A DNA stretch of 62,424 bases, counting the filler, from Vermamoeba vermiformis (lineage: Eukaryota), in assembly GCA_045837725.1 (NCBI GenBank). It is 6 parts of 6 records of this genome, joined end to end, with 100 filler letters (N's around TTAATTAATTAA, not from the genome) between each part and the next. Parts side by side here need not be neighbours in the genome. Positions count along the whole stretch, not along the records: positions 1 to 16,406 come from JBEWZL010000104.1; positions 16,507 to 28,606 come from JBEWZL010000105.1; 4 more parts are not named here. One strand, written 5' to 3'. The notes beneath the pieces are model-generated. The model did not search any database, was not told the DNA's origin, and saw only the letters and a program-made list of their open reading frames with translations. Below, piece after piece: positions 14,573 to 27,316 of this stretch (position 1 is the stretch's first letter; each line of letters opens with the position of its first letter). The translations under genes were made by a program, and so were the position numbers.

Positions 14573-15291
14573 ATGCGCTCATCTGGCAACCAAATCCGCC
14601 GATCAGCTCGTCAAGCCTGCAAGAAACAATGCTCTTGCCACAATGATAATTTCTGTCAACCAATTAGACGTCGAGCCAACAGACGAAGGGCCCCAAACCG
14701 CCGCCGTGTTCGCATCCCCGGCGCAATCCGCTGGACTGAGCGAACAATTCGCATTCACAACGAGCTTGGCACCTTGCAAGGGCTTGTGTCTGAGAAGTGC
14801 CGCCTAACTGCCCGCAATTGCGAAGAAACTCGTCGAAAGATCGCGCGACATCTGTCTGACTGCCTTGTATTTCGTGGCAGCCGCCAAGTAACGATGAAAT
14901 TATGGGTAAGTGGCATAAAAAAATTGTATAAAAATATTAATCAGTCTAACAGGTCCCAAGTTCCGTATTTTCCAATATGTTTTTGCCGCATGTGGACGAA
15001 GACGATCTGAAATGGACCATCACGAAGCCGAAGGCAAAAAACGGTATCGTCAAGTTAAGCACAGCTACAGTGCGTGGTACTTTGTCTGAAGCACAGTTCC
15101 GCAGTGTGTTCCAGACGGGTTACTCCCGTAACCATCTGGATGACCAAAACCTGGCTTATCATGCCAGTATTTTGTTCGATCAAGAGAATCCGTTCAGGTT
15201 TCGCTATAATATTGACACTGGTAACCTTGTTATCAATTGTAAGTACCACGTATTCAGAATTGACGTGGATGGACTGATGATTGATATTTAA
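14573..15291 (+). CDS. Hypothetical basic, Cys-containing protein, at least 2 exons (intron about 14906-14952); start uncertain
   Basis: ORFs 14573-15010 and 14977-15291 join in frame through GTAAGT...AACAG; GC-richer than flanks; no recognisable family. Confidence 0.5.
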
Positions 15292-15404
15292 ATTTCATTG
15301 TACGTTGAGCCTTATTGTATTGACAGGCGATAGTTAAATAAATAATAATTAAACATATTGTGGATGTCTTAATTTTTGAAATTTGTAATGGTGAGATCTG
15401 AGAT

Positions 15405-16406
15405 CACCGGGTACGATCGGAGGGTATTGTAAAAATGCATTTGGGTATATTTCATTTTTTTATTCAGAAAACCCATAGTACATGGAAGTGCAAGTTGAAC
15501 AAAAAAAACGGCACATCAAAATATGCCGTAGAGCTGAAGTTACAAATTCTGTCAATTACTAACTGTTTGCCAGAATGCTCCAAGGTGGTAACAGGCAGTT
15601 AGTGTAACTAGCAAATATAACCATATATGGCAAGAGGTTATGGACATCATAAGTGGACCTTTACAAAAAACAATGATTTGAACTTGCCGCACCAAATTCC
15701 GGCAATTACTAACGACTTCCTTGTTGCTCGTAATCCTTGTAAATTCTGTTTTTTAACTGAAATTTCGGGATTTGACAGTAATTACCAAATTAGGAAATGA
15801 TGGGGCAGTTGGCATTTGTTGCACCATGGTTACTAAAGTTGAAACTTGTCCCAACAGTTTTTATCAATTACTAACGATTTGCTGATCACTTTACTATATT
15901 TCTATATTAGGCAAGTAGAAAACTCAGTTTTCAGCTGGGAAGTGCAAGGCATATAAATGATGGAGGGAAACTGTTAGTAATTGCCAGATCATATGCACAC
16001 AAGTGCCAAGAGGAGTGTTTTGCAAATGTCTACCTCATGGACCCCTGATATGCACCACTAATTTCCTTTTTAGGCTATTCCATGCTATATACTTGCTTTT
16101 TGCACTGTATTTGCCCTAGGAACACTCAAGTAAGCATCAGACTCCAATTCTTTTGTGTACCATGATCTGGCAACCTTCAAAGCATCAAATCATGATTACA
16201 AACCAGTGAAACTCTTCCTAATATGGGTGCCTTAGAGTAAAATGGGGTTTTCCCAGTTGATTTTCAAGAAAACAGGCTGTAACTTCAGCTCTACGGCATA
16301 TTTTGATGCGCCGTTTTTTTTGTTCAACTTGCACTTCCATGTACTATGGGTTTTCTGAATAAAAAAATGAAATATACCCAAATGCATTTTTACAATACCC
16401 TCCGAT
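15405..16406. mobile_element. Non-autonomous DNA transposon (MITE-like) with 129-bp TIRs; right end cut by contig end
   Basis: 15416-15544 is the reverse complement of 16278-16406 with one mismatch; no ORF inside; the left boundary at 15405 (CACCGGG) is inferred. Confidence 0.85.
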
Positions 16407-16506
16407 NNNNNNNNNNNNNNNNNNNNNNNNNNNNNNNNNNNNNNNNNNNNTTAATTAATTAANNNNNNNNNNNNNNNNNNNNNNNNNNNNNNNNNNNNNN
16501 NNNNNN
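16407..16506. other. Artificial contig spacer (N44-TTAATTAATTAA-N44)
   Basis: Identical six-frame-stop linker in all five gaps. Confidence 0.99.
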
Positions 16507-16981
16507 TTGCTGTGATTGTGGGTCGTGTTCGAATTTTGACGAGCAAATTTTTGGTGAGTTCAAAACGGCTAGATGCGAAAGAGGACTTTTTATGCCCTAG
16601 CTCTTTGCGTAGCATCATATATGTATTATATTTATGGTATTGTAAATTAAATAGCGATAAATGTTACGAGCAGTTCGGATTTTAAATAGATCTCTGCGAA
16701 GAGATCAAGCCGAGGTGAGTAGCAATCATGCTGACTAATTTATTTTTATCGTGTATATAATTGTAATAGTATGATAGCAAATTATTAAAAGCCAAACACG
16801 CCGCGTGACCTCGATCTAAATTATCTGAATTTTTTAAAATTGACAGGCTCTTTCTACAATAATATTTGTATTTTATTCTTATATTATACATATGATTACA
16901 CGTTAAAATAGTTTTTTTATGGTTCTATTATATCATTGAACATCGGATCTTGTTGACTGAATTGTTTTTTAAATAATTTAG

Positions 16982-19900
16982 GTAACTCCTCTCACTGGAC
17001 TGCAAACAAGCGGAAAAGGAAGGCCTATATTTGGCATAGACATAGGAAATCATCGAAGTAGATTATCCGTGTTTGATCCAGTGACCAAAAAGCCCAGATT
17101 AGTTCGCAACATCCAAGACAATACAGACTTCTGGCATTCAGTCGTTGCAAAAAGCGGCAATGATTTTATTGTTGGCAATAATGCCTTCAAAATGGTAAGC
17201 CTACCTCTAAATACGGCTTGATCGAGCCCGCGATCTGCTTGTTCGTAATTTGTTATTTTTATGCTTCAAATAATTTTAATTTATTGAACTGCGCTATAAT
17301 TTTGTAAATATTTCTTCGGTATTTATTGAAAATGAATTTTTCTATGCAGATCCAAGATGATCCCACGAGCGGTGTGCAACGAGTGAAGTCACTACTCGGT
17401 CAAAACACTGTCGTGCTTCAAAGCAATCAATATCAGCCCGCAGAACTCGTCGCTCAAATTTTCAAAGCTATGGGCCAGAGTGCTGGTACGTAAAATTAAA
17501 AATTAATTATAATAAATTTGGCTAATTTTCTCTCTAGCGGCATATATGCATCAAAATAACGTGAACGAGCCAGTAGAGGCCTATGTATCAGTACCATATA
17601 CCTTCACTCCTCGACAGCGCGAAGAACTTTTGCACGCAGCCGAGATTGCAGGCATTAAAATCGTGAAGTTAGTTGAAGAGCCCTTGGCGATTTTAAACAG
17701 CACGTGGCGATTGGAACAAAACGGGCAATACTTGTTGGCTGGTAAGTTGCACGAGAAGACACGCCAATACATGGTATCTAAGTGGCTAATGCGTAATTAG
17801 ATTTTGGTGAAAATTTCCGTGCGAGTGTTATGCGCGTCTTTGACGGCCAATACGACGTCTTGGGCCACGTTGAAGATAAGGCTATTCGCGAGGCTGTCGA
17901 CCAGGCTGTATTAGATTACGTCTACGACAAGCTTGTCAAAGTGGTACGTAGTATTTTGAGGTGCAAAATGCTTGTTAAGTGAGCTGATCTTTGTTTGCAG
18001 AAACCTCTCAAATACATGTTCCAGTCACGAGGCTCTGTCGAAAGGATGTTGCGACCTTACGTGCAACAAATCAACGAGAATTTGGTGACTGAAGTCGAGA
18101 CTAGTGTCATTGTCGATGAAGTTGTCATCTTCGTGTCACGCGAAGCACGTGCTCTTATGACTCACTTGCCTTTGCGCAACATTGCTGCTACTTTGGGCGA
18201 GTTGATGACGCAATCAGGCGTGTTGGCCAGTGAATTTACTCACACGATTCTCGTCGGCGGTAACTCACTGCAGTACCCTGGCTCAGCTGAAGCAGTTGAA
18301 CGAGAGACTTTCATGGCCACCTCACGCACAGTCGTACCACCGATGAGTGCTTTGGCTGTAGGCACTGCTCTCTACGGAGCTCGTGAACAGGGGCTATTGC
18401 AGCCACATTTCTTCCGTAACAGAACTGTTGACCATTTGGGACATGTCATCAGGGACACGAAGGTACGATAGTCTTGACATTCAATGCTTAATTAGCTCTA
18501 AACTAATAGTTTGACATTAGATCACGAAGCCTCAATCTTTCGCCGAAGCTGAGGGTCACTTGAGAACAGGCTCGTCACTGCCATTGCCCGTCGCAATCAA
18601 TTTCAATGACGTTATTGCAAAGACAAAGCTACCGCCACTTAATCCTCTGTGGGACGAGTCTCAAGGCGTAAGTGAATTCTGACGTTGAATGTACTTTCGT
18701 TACTAACTTCGTTCAGAAACCCGAATTTGCCACCCTTCCTAGAAAGATTATTGAAGACTACAGGAACCCTGTTCTATCCTTATCCTTCGCTAAAACACCC
18801 GATCCATTCACTGGCAATGAAGAATACTACGCCCGAGTGAACGTGCAAGCTGTGGCTGATGACTTCAAGGTACGTATTCCTTGCCTAATTTGGTAATAGA
18901 AGTGCTCTAATACTTTGCTCAGCCAATTCCAGTATACGAAACTCTGACAGACAAGGGAATGATCTTCAAAAAGGTCAAGTGGATGCACCCTTACGAACGT
19001 CTCCAACGCGCTGTGGAGTACACGAGACCCATGCTGAAGATGCACATTGTGATTGACTTGTCGGCCACTGAATATGTCTCTACGGCCCCTGACATGCCTG
19101 AGTTTGACACTTGGGAAGAGTTCATTCAAAAGGCTGATCTTGACGAGAAGTTCCAAATCAATCGTTTGTTGCTCGGTCGAGATCCGAACATTGAAAAATA
19201 CGGTACGGAGATACTGATACTAAATAGTGCATTTCTCTAATAATGTTTAAATATAGAAAAGGAAGGCAAGGTTCAGTTGTTGAAGTACATGAAAGAACAA
19301 TTGAAGAAGCCGTACTACCGTCAATTGAACAGAGTTCACGACGCAGTACAATTCATCTTAGGTCAAATGGATGGCCACGACATGATTGCCGTGTCAATGC
19401 GCACCAAAGACGGCTTGAAGACATTGATGCCGTTCACTGACAACCAAGTCATTGAGCACACTAAGCTGTTCAACACCATCTTGGACACGTACCCTGGTGA
19501 CAATGTTGATCACGCCTCTGCCGCTAAATTCGCTCACGACACTTACAACGAAGAAGACGTGGCTGTGTTCAATGTAAGTCTTATACTAGCATTTGCTCAC
19601 TACTCTATTTGAGTCTAATAAGCAAATTATAGGAATTTAAAGAGTTCCTCGAACTTCGTACGGTTGTGTTGACCGACACGGTTCCTGCCTACGAGAACTT
19701 GGAGAGCATTAAGAAGAGTCTTCAACAAGCTAACGAAACCAAATGTAAGTCTGCAAAGCCAATCTAACGCGATGTGATCGCACAAATTAACTTTGATTTG
19801 CAGGTGTAAATACTACTTTTATCTCCGTTAGCGGACGAAGATTTGATTCCGCAATTGTAAAAACAATCGGTACGTGCCTAGATTATAGTAATATTAATGA

Positions 19901-22780
19901 GCTAACATTTTGTACTCTTAACAGAAAGTGTACGCGGAGCTAACTATCTTGAGTTCCGCAACATCTTCTCGGATGAGTTCAGAAAGAAGTACGACAGACA
20001 ACACGGCGCCATGTTCTTGAACTCAGTGCTGCCGCGATTCTACGACGTTAAAGTAAGAAACGCACGGTGATATTAGCTTAATTAGAGGTCTATATATTGA
20101 CTGAAAATGTCTAGGTTTGGGTTGATTTCGAGAACTACAAGGTCGACAAGGTCTATGGCTACGACTATCAGGTCTCACCGTACTACAAAGACGAGATTAG
20201 GCAAGAAGCCGTTGTCGATCCCGAGGGCAGAGCTACTCCCGCAGTGATTATTGAGCGTGATTTTGCTGAGAAACTTAAAGACAAGACACCGCAGTTGTAC
20301 GTCAAGACTTTGTTCGGTTCCTATCACCACGACAGAGACCTCGTTGAAGATATTGACCGGGCTACTTGGGACGACCAAGCACGCAAACGAGTGATTAGAC
20401 GAGAGGTCAAACTAGAGGTACGGAGTTAAATTCTTTTGACACGTGTCATCATTCTCAAAATTGACACTTTTTTTGTAGGAGGACCCGAGATTGTTTTTGT
20501 TCAAGTTGCAAAAGAAACCGAACACTATTGAACGAAAGGACACGTGGCAATATAACCCGTTCAAGCCCACCGACACTCCATTCGGAAACAAGGAACTGAG
20601 CATGTACCAATCCGATTACACCGACACACGATCGGAATACACGATCAGGTATGTTGAAATAAGTAGTACTTTAATAGGTGTCGAGTTAATAATTTTTTCT
20701 TAGAATTCAATACGTCGATCGATCGGGCTTTGTTCGCAACTTTACACGTGTCAGCAAATTGACTGAAGACTTTGAATACGAAGAGCCTGGTGTCAGAAAG
20801 TCAGTCTTGGCGGCACGGTAAGTAATTGTAGATTGAAAAGTTAATGCGAAGGAAAATTAACGTGCGCATGATGACACTTTGACACTGGACAAGTTAATTG
20901 CTTTTTTTTACCAAACTAAAGGCTTTAACGCCAACAATGACAAAAATTTCGAATTTCTTCACCTGATCAGCACGATAACAAAATTATTATTAAATTCATC
21001 GTTGAAGTTTCATTTCCTAACATTTACATTGTAGTTATACTGAAATGGTTCGACGACTCGTGCACAACAGGCACGTGGCTTTGTCGGGCCGTGCCTCGCC
21101 TGAAGTACCAGCCATCAGCGAACAAACAGGCATTACGACACTCACTCCGGCACAAGAGAAGCAGTTGTACGAGTACTACCTCAACAACCCTGATTTGGAC
21201 GTGGGCTATTACAAGCCCAAGACCCCGCAAATCAACGACGCGGATCTGCCCGTGTTGACCAAGTTCAGCCACTATTACAACTCTGAGTTCACTCGTCTGT
21301 TCAATCCTGTCGAGCAGTGGTACTGGCCGCGAATGCCTTTGGACTATAGCAAGGATAACGAACAGCTCAGCATGCAGTTCATGAAGAATTTGGCCTTCGA
21401 ATGTGAGTGCAAAAAAAAAATATCTTCGTCTGTGAAAAAATTTATTAATATTTTTTATCGTAGATAATCAAAAGAAGATTAAAAAGGACATGAAGGCACA
21501 AAAGTCATACGTGCGCAATCGATTCATTGACGAGTTACCATTGCAGCCAGTCTTTGACATGTTGATGTTGAAGAATTACAAGCCCTATCAAGTACCCAAA
21601 TTCGAGCGAGTATACAACGAGCTGGAATTACATCGCGAATGGGATGAAAAACAAGGTACGGAATGACATTATATTATTTCCTTTTTTGGAAGTAGTAATA
21701 ATTACGATTTATTTTAGTTGATGGATCCAGAGGCAACATGAGATTTTTACGACTCATCAACTATGTAAGTACTGCCTTCGAAGGTATTATTGTTGTTTTT
21801 TTCCTAATTTGGTAATATTTAGTTCCGATGGAACGCTCGTTATTTAATGGCTTGGTTGCGTGACTATAAGAAAGATTTCCGAGAAAACGATCCTGCAGGA
21901 GCACTTGCTTATAGAGTGTTGCTTCAGACATTAGATGGGTATGTTACGATTATATTACTGGTATTATAATTCTACAATGGGACTGGATTTGGATCCGCAA
22001 CATAAAAATTTTACGAAAAGTTTTGGACTAACGATTTTTTGTTTCCTATTATAGTAAAATATGGATGCGCAGCAAGAATTATTGGGCACAATTGTTGACC
22101 TATCAATACAACCATCAAAAACGATCGAGCAAGATGGATACCGTGATCAAGAAAAATGACGTCGTGCGCGTGAACAATATCTTATGGACTGCTAAAACTG
22201 ATGTCGATAACTTCATTAATCACGTCCGTACTATGTTGCCCGAAGATAAGCGAGGTAAGCAGGGAAAAATTATCACATCCGTGAAAAAATTATTTTTATT
22301 TTTCGTTTATGGAAATCTAACGAAATTTCGATATTTGCAGATGACGCCCAACTCACCGCCTTGCGTCAAGAAATGGACCAATACATTTTTGAACGCATGT
22401 CAGAGTTAGATCCGGAGATCACGATCGAGGCCAAGCGAAACTTGTATGAGCCAGATGCTCGTGATTATAGTCCCGAAGAGATCGATCCTCTTGAAGTCCA
22501 AAAGACCAAAGAAGAAGAAGAATTCGGAAAATTGGACCGTGCTGAAATGCGTGTGAAAATTGATGATTTACCCGAAGAAGAAGAACGATTGTGGGAATTG
22601 GCCGAGCCAGATAAAAAACGAGATTTGGGCGACAGAAAGAAATGGAAAGTTGACAAAGAATATGCTTCTTATTTAACTGATTTGGGCTTGGCTCAGAAGA
22701 AACGACAAGATCTGTTGAAACGAAAACGCGAGGAAGAAAAGAGACGTAAAGAAAAGGCTGAAATGACCGGCAACAAATAA
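16982..22780 (+). CDS. Large multi-exon protein: degenerate Hsp70-like nucleotide-binding domain + vWA domain + charged helical C-terminus; 5' exons uncertain or truncated
   Basis: IFGIDIGN, VSVPYTFTPRQREELLHAAEIAGIKIVKLVEEPLA, ILVGG and ALAVGTALYGA (Hsp70 fold); HIVIDLSA, TVVLTDTVP and TTFISVS..VRGANY (vWA). Junctions checked from 17193 to 18717 and at 20649/20704 and 20817/21035 are in frame. Confidence 0.72.
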
Positions 22781-23161
22781 TAGACACAACTCCAATAATA
22801 AAAATAACCGTAATAAAACAAAAACAAGTTATTTATTTGAAAATCCGATCTACATCTACCAGCTGAGGCTACTTTTTATAAGACACATATGTTGAGGTTA
22901 TTATATACATCAATGTTGCTCTGACTTGGTTACCGTTTGGACATTCAGGCAGTTAACTTAATAAAGTGTGTTAGAACCGGTACATCAAGGTGACACTTTG
23001 ACATGTTGACACCTGTCATGTTCGGTTACGATCGCACATCTGCGTACAGGTTTTTGAAGGTTTGAGGTGTCCTCGTTCCGGATCTAAGGAAAGTAGGACA
23101 CAATAACCGAGGTAGATAATATTGATCCGATTGTTTCGCCGTATTTACAAGTTTTTAATTG

Positions 23162-25716
23162 TTAATCGAGCAGCAGGTCTTCTTTCGTTATAACAAACTT
23201 CACCGCCTCTTCGCCTTGCGGAGTAATGCTGGTCGTGAGGATATTGTCCGAGGTCGGATCCACTTCAATCATGCCGTAGAAATTAGTGCCCGCTGCACCC
23301 CACAACAATTCTTCCGCACTGCCGTCTAGTTGACGAGGCCCTTTGTCGTCGTAAAATCCGTTCAAAGGCGATACGCCAAACTCGTAGATACCTATTACAA
23401 GAAAATAAGGAAGAATTCGCAATATTGCCATTAAAAAGTTTTTCAATTTGAGTTTTGTAACGAATCGAAGCATATTGCAAGTATACTAGGCCTTATATTT
23501 ATTTAATATCAATATGAACGAGATTTCTGGATAATAACGCAAGCAAAGCAAAAAGTTAAATTTTCAAAAAAAAGAAAATTACGGCTGTTTGCAATCAAGA
23601 TAATATTATTTCTAGCAGTACGTATTATTTTTAAATTTAATGAAAATGTATTTGCTTGAGTTACCTTTGCGCAATTTATAAGCCCCAGCCCAATGACTGT
23701 CACCACTCAAAAACACGATGCCGTTGATGTGGTGCTGCACGATGAAATCGAGTATCTTTTGACGCTCGACTGTGCGACCAGACCAAACATCTGATCCGAC
23801 CGTCAATTCAGTGAACGGGACGGATGTGCCGATGAACTAAAAAAAAATTAAAAAATTAAATCATGGTATTTTTAGTATCAGTAGCTTATTAATATATGGA
23901 TTAGATTGATATAATTATAATTATTATACCTTAATTTGCGAAGAATTATGACTGAGTAGCCAAGCGAACAGATCCTGTAACTGATCTGCGCCCAACATTG
24001 TCTTAGTTTCGCTATCATTGGGCTATAATATGAATAAACCATTAGCATATGATCTATATAATACGCTATATAATTAATTAAGCGATATTTACCTCGCGAT
24101 TTGGAGATCTGAAAGTTCGCGTGTCAACGATAAAAAATGAAGCGCTGCCAATATCAAAGCTATAATAATGCGCTACATCTAAAAATAGAAATCAGTTCAT
24201 ATTTCCTAATTAGGCAAGTCTTACTCTCGGGAGCCGTGGCGTTAAATTTCGGGTTGTTTACGCCACAATAATCTTTCCAGGCCGCTATGGCGTCGAAATA
24301 TTTGCCCTGCAAATGAAATTTATCAATTTTATTATCGAATTAATAATAAATTTGATAAAAATCTTACGGATGTGCCTTTATCCCAGTCATTTTCAATTTC
24401 ATGATCGTCCACTGAAAAAAATTCGATTAGATAAATTAATAATAATATATATGTATGACTTACGCATATAATAGCTCGGATAAGACAATAATTGGCTGAT
24501 ATATTCGTCGCTGTGTACGGATCTGTAGCGATAATGATAAAACGATGTTTTTGCGTTTAGAGGGAACGGGTGGTCAATGTAAATGAAATCTCCGAGAAAT
24601 AAATTGAAGTCTTGATTTTCTTCTGCCATGGCCTTAATACTAGCGATAAAATAAGTTAATTTTGAGATTTTTAGATCCTGCATCCGTTAATTTTTTTTTT
24701 AAATCTCGTTAATATCATAAAAAAACAATATGATAAGGTAAATATTAATATTTTAAACTAAAATATAGGACTTACTTATAAAAAGGATCGGTCTGTTTGT
24801 AGATGCAAGATCCAAATCCAAATTTGAACGCGTAAGTGCCGTTAGGACTTGGAATAGGCCTCGTCCTAAATGACTGTATATCACTAGTATACTCGCCATT
24901 ATCATATATAATTTGGAATTCATAATCTGTTGCTGGCGTTAAATTTTGAAGCGTAATGCCCGCTAAAAAGTCTCTGGCTTCAGTTAAATCGAATTCAATT
25001 GTTTCTTGCCATTGTTGCGAGCCAACGGTACGATAGTACATGATCTGATATTATAATTAATATCATAAATGCCGTAATTTGAAAGCAGATCTTAAGCCGC
25101 GCAAACATAAAAAAAAGATTTGATTCAAAATGGACTTACGACTGAAGTACGAGCAGAATCTCTTATTAAAAATGTAGCAGAATTATGGCTTAATTGTCCA
25201 CGGCTTAAAAACTTGACGTCAAGCAACGGCCGGTATTCAGATTGCGTGATCCAAATAATGGAGCCGAAAAAAACGAGCAATACAGTGCCAGTTAATACTA
25301 CATAAATATATTGCACTACTGGTGGCTCGGTAATCGATCCTATAATAATTAGAAAATTAAAATTAATATTCTACAGATTCGCAACACATTTTTCTTGATT
25401 GCGTTATTATTCACCATTATTATTAACGTAAAAAAATACTATAAAATGCGATACGAATTATTAAGCAATTAATTGCCTTACTCCATCCTTTTGACCGTTT
25501 TGAATTATCGCGCCATCTGAGCCTTCTTCTTGACATTAAATATCCTGCGACAGATAGAGCCAATGATATGCCCATAAATATCCAAAACCCTATTATCACT
25601 TGATAGAAGGCGTAAGCTGAAACTCCGGCCACAAACGCGCCAACAGCCACCATCCAACAAAAGACTGCTACCACTAATGTTGCGTCATAGCAACATAGTA
25701 AGCAGCCCTTGGCCAT
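23162..25716 (-). CDS. phoD: PhoD-family alkaline phosphatase/phosphodiesterase with N-terminal transmembrane helices, multi-exon
   Basis: FGFGSC, LFLGDFIYID, DDHEIENDW, FFIVDTRTFR, KTMLGADQ, DVWSG..ERQKIL and VFLSGDSH motifs; hydrophobic exons at 25716-25482 and about 25340-25140. Confidence 0.88.
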
Positions 25717-25999
25717 GGTTCATATAAATAAATAAATAATAAATGCGTTGGCTGTTCAAAATCTCGTTTGAGTCAAAAAAATTGTTGTCAAATGAAACGG
25801 ATCGCACAATTAATACGGAATAAACCCTAATTATTACAATTATAAGCTTCTTATTATAATCATACGCTTATACAGACTTAATTCACCGTACTCCTGCTTT
25901 TCCAAGGGTTGACACGTGTCACATTTTTAATCACATTTTAATCTTAAAGCCAAATCTCCCAGCAGCTCCATTAATATCGCTATATATTGCTATATTCGA

Positions 26000-27210
26000 C
26001 TAGTCTTTATAAGCCAACAACACATCGTCAGGAATGGCATAGTTATCTGGTTCTAAAGTTCGGTTGTGATACTGCTCGGCCCAGGTCAGTGCTGTCGCGT
26101 TGTCGCTGGGACTTTCAATGGTCACGAGACTTGTGGTGCATGTGCGCTCATTTTCTGAGAAAAATAATAATAATTAGTGTTATTTGCTTAGTTTGAAAGA
26201 TATTTCCGAAACTAAAAGCACGATCCAGCACTTTAAATGTAATTATTGCGCCTATTTATGATACTATAGTAATAATAGCAGCAAATTTAATTTATTTATG
26301 GTATTAAAGAAAGTATTTCTTTGTTTGGTACGGATCTAAATCCAGAATTTTCGGAAAAATGAACTTACTTCCAGCGCTTTTGAATGAAATACCAATCCTA
26401 TAATAAACATCCTTATACATCGCGATGGTATGCACGCCAGCTGTAAAAAAAGTGGAGAATCGTATGGGCTGATATTTGGGCAAGGGTGCCATCTTGTAAT
26501 TTCCAAATTTTCGGCGCAGAAATATCAATAAGTCGTACCACGGCCGCTCAAAATTATTAAACGCCTTGAAGAGCTTCTCTCTAAGGATATAAACGTTAAT
26601 TAAAGATCGAATTCAATACGCGTACTGAATTTTATAATTTTAATTTTAATTTGACGAATCGAGTGCAGCAATAAGGTAAGTATTTTAATATGGACCTACG
26701 TTGTTGTGATATCTTTAATAAGGCCTGGATAAAAATTAATCCGACGTAAAAGCAGATTTGGTTCGAAAAGAAAAGTTACGGTGGAAATCCCTTTCTTGTG
26801 ATTATTGTTCTCTATAGCTTCGACCGTGGCTATATGTCCTATTTCCATTCCAAGAAAAGGAAATAATTGAGGTGGATCGGCTGGAATAAAAAGATTAATT
26901 GGATGTCTTTTGGTGCCATTGATGCAACCCTGCTTAAGTGATTTATTGTATAATATTAATATTTAGTTACTATTAGAATGAAATAGCAAGACTTACAGGC
27001 CAAGCAAAATTGTTTAAATGTTTCATCCGCTTTTTTTATCTTAAAATCTAATCGTTTTGCTAAGCATTTAATCTTCCATAGTTTTTCGTCGAGACTTAAT
27101 TGATTAAATAATTTGTTGACTTGAGGAATGAATACGGCGACAGATTTGACATCCAAAAATTCCAAAATCGAAGTCCATATCTCTGACGGCAGGTCCAAAT
27201 GGCACTCCAT
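26000..27210 (-). CDS. F-box protein, about 4 exons
   Basis: MECHLDLPSEIWTSILEFLDVKSV...NKLFNQLSLDEKLWK is a clear F-box; last exon ends ...DDVLLAYKD* at 26000. Confidence 0.72.
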
Positions 27211-27316
27211 GATAAATATGTAATAATAACGCCAATTCGACCTGTTAGAGTCGTGGTAGTGAAATCGGAAAAATAAACAAAGATTTATTTTGATCTGACC
27301 GTTGCAACACAAGACC

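Noticed and set aside
16451-16462. TTAATTAATTAA palindrome repeated five times
   Set aside because: Always centred in N runs; an assembly linker.
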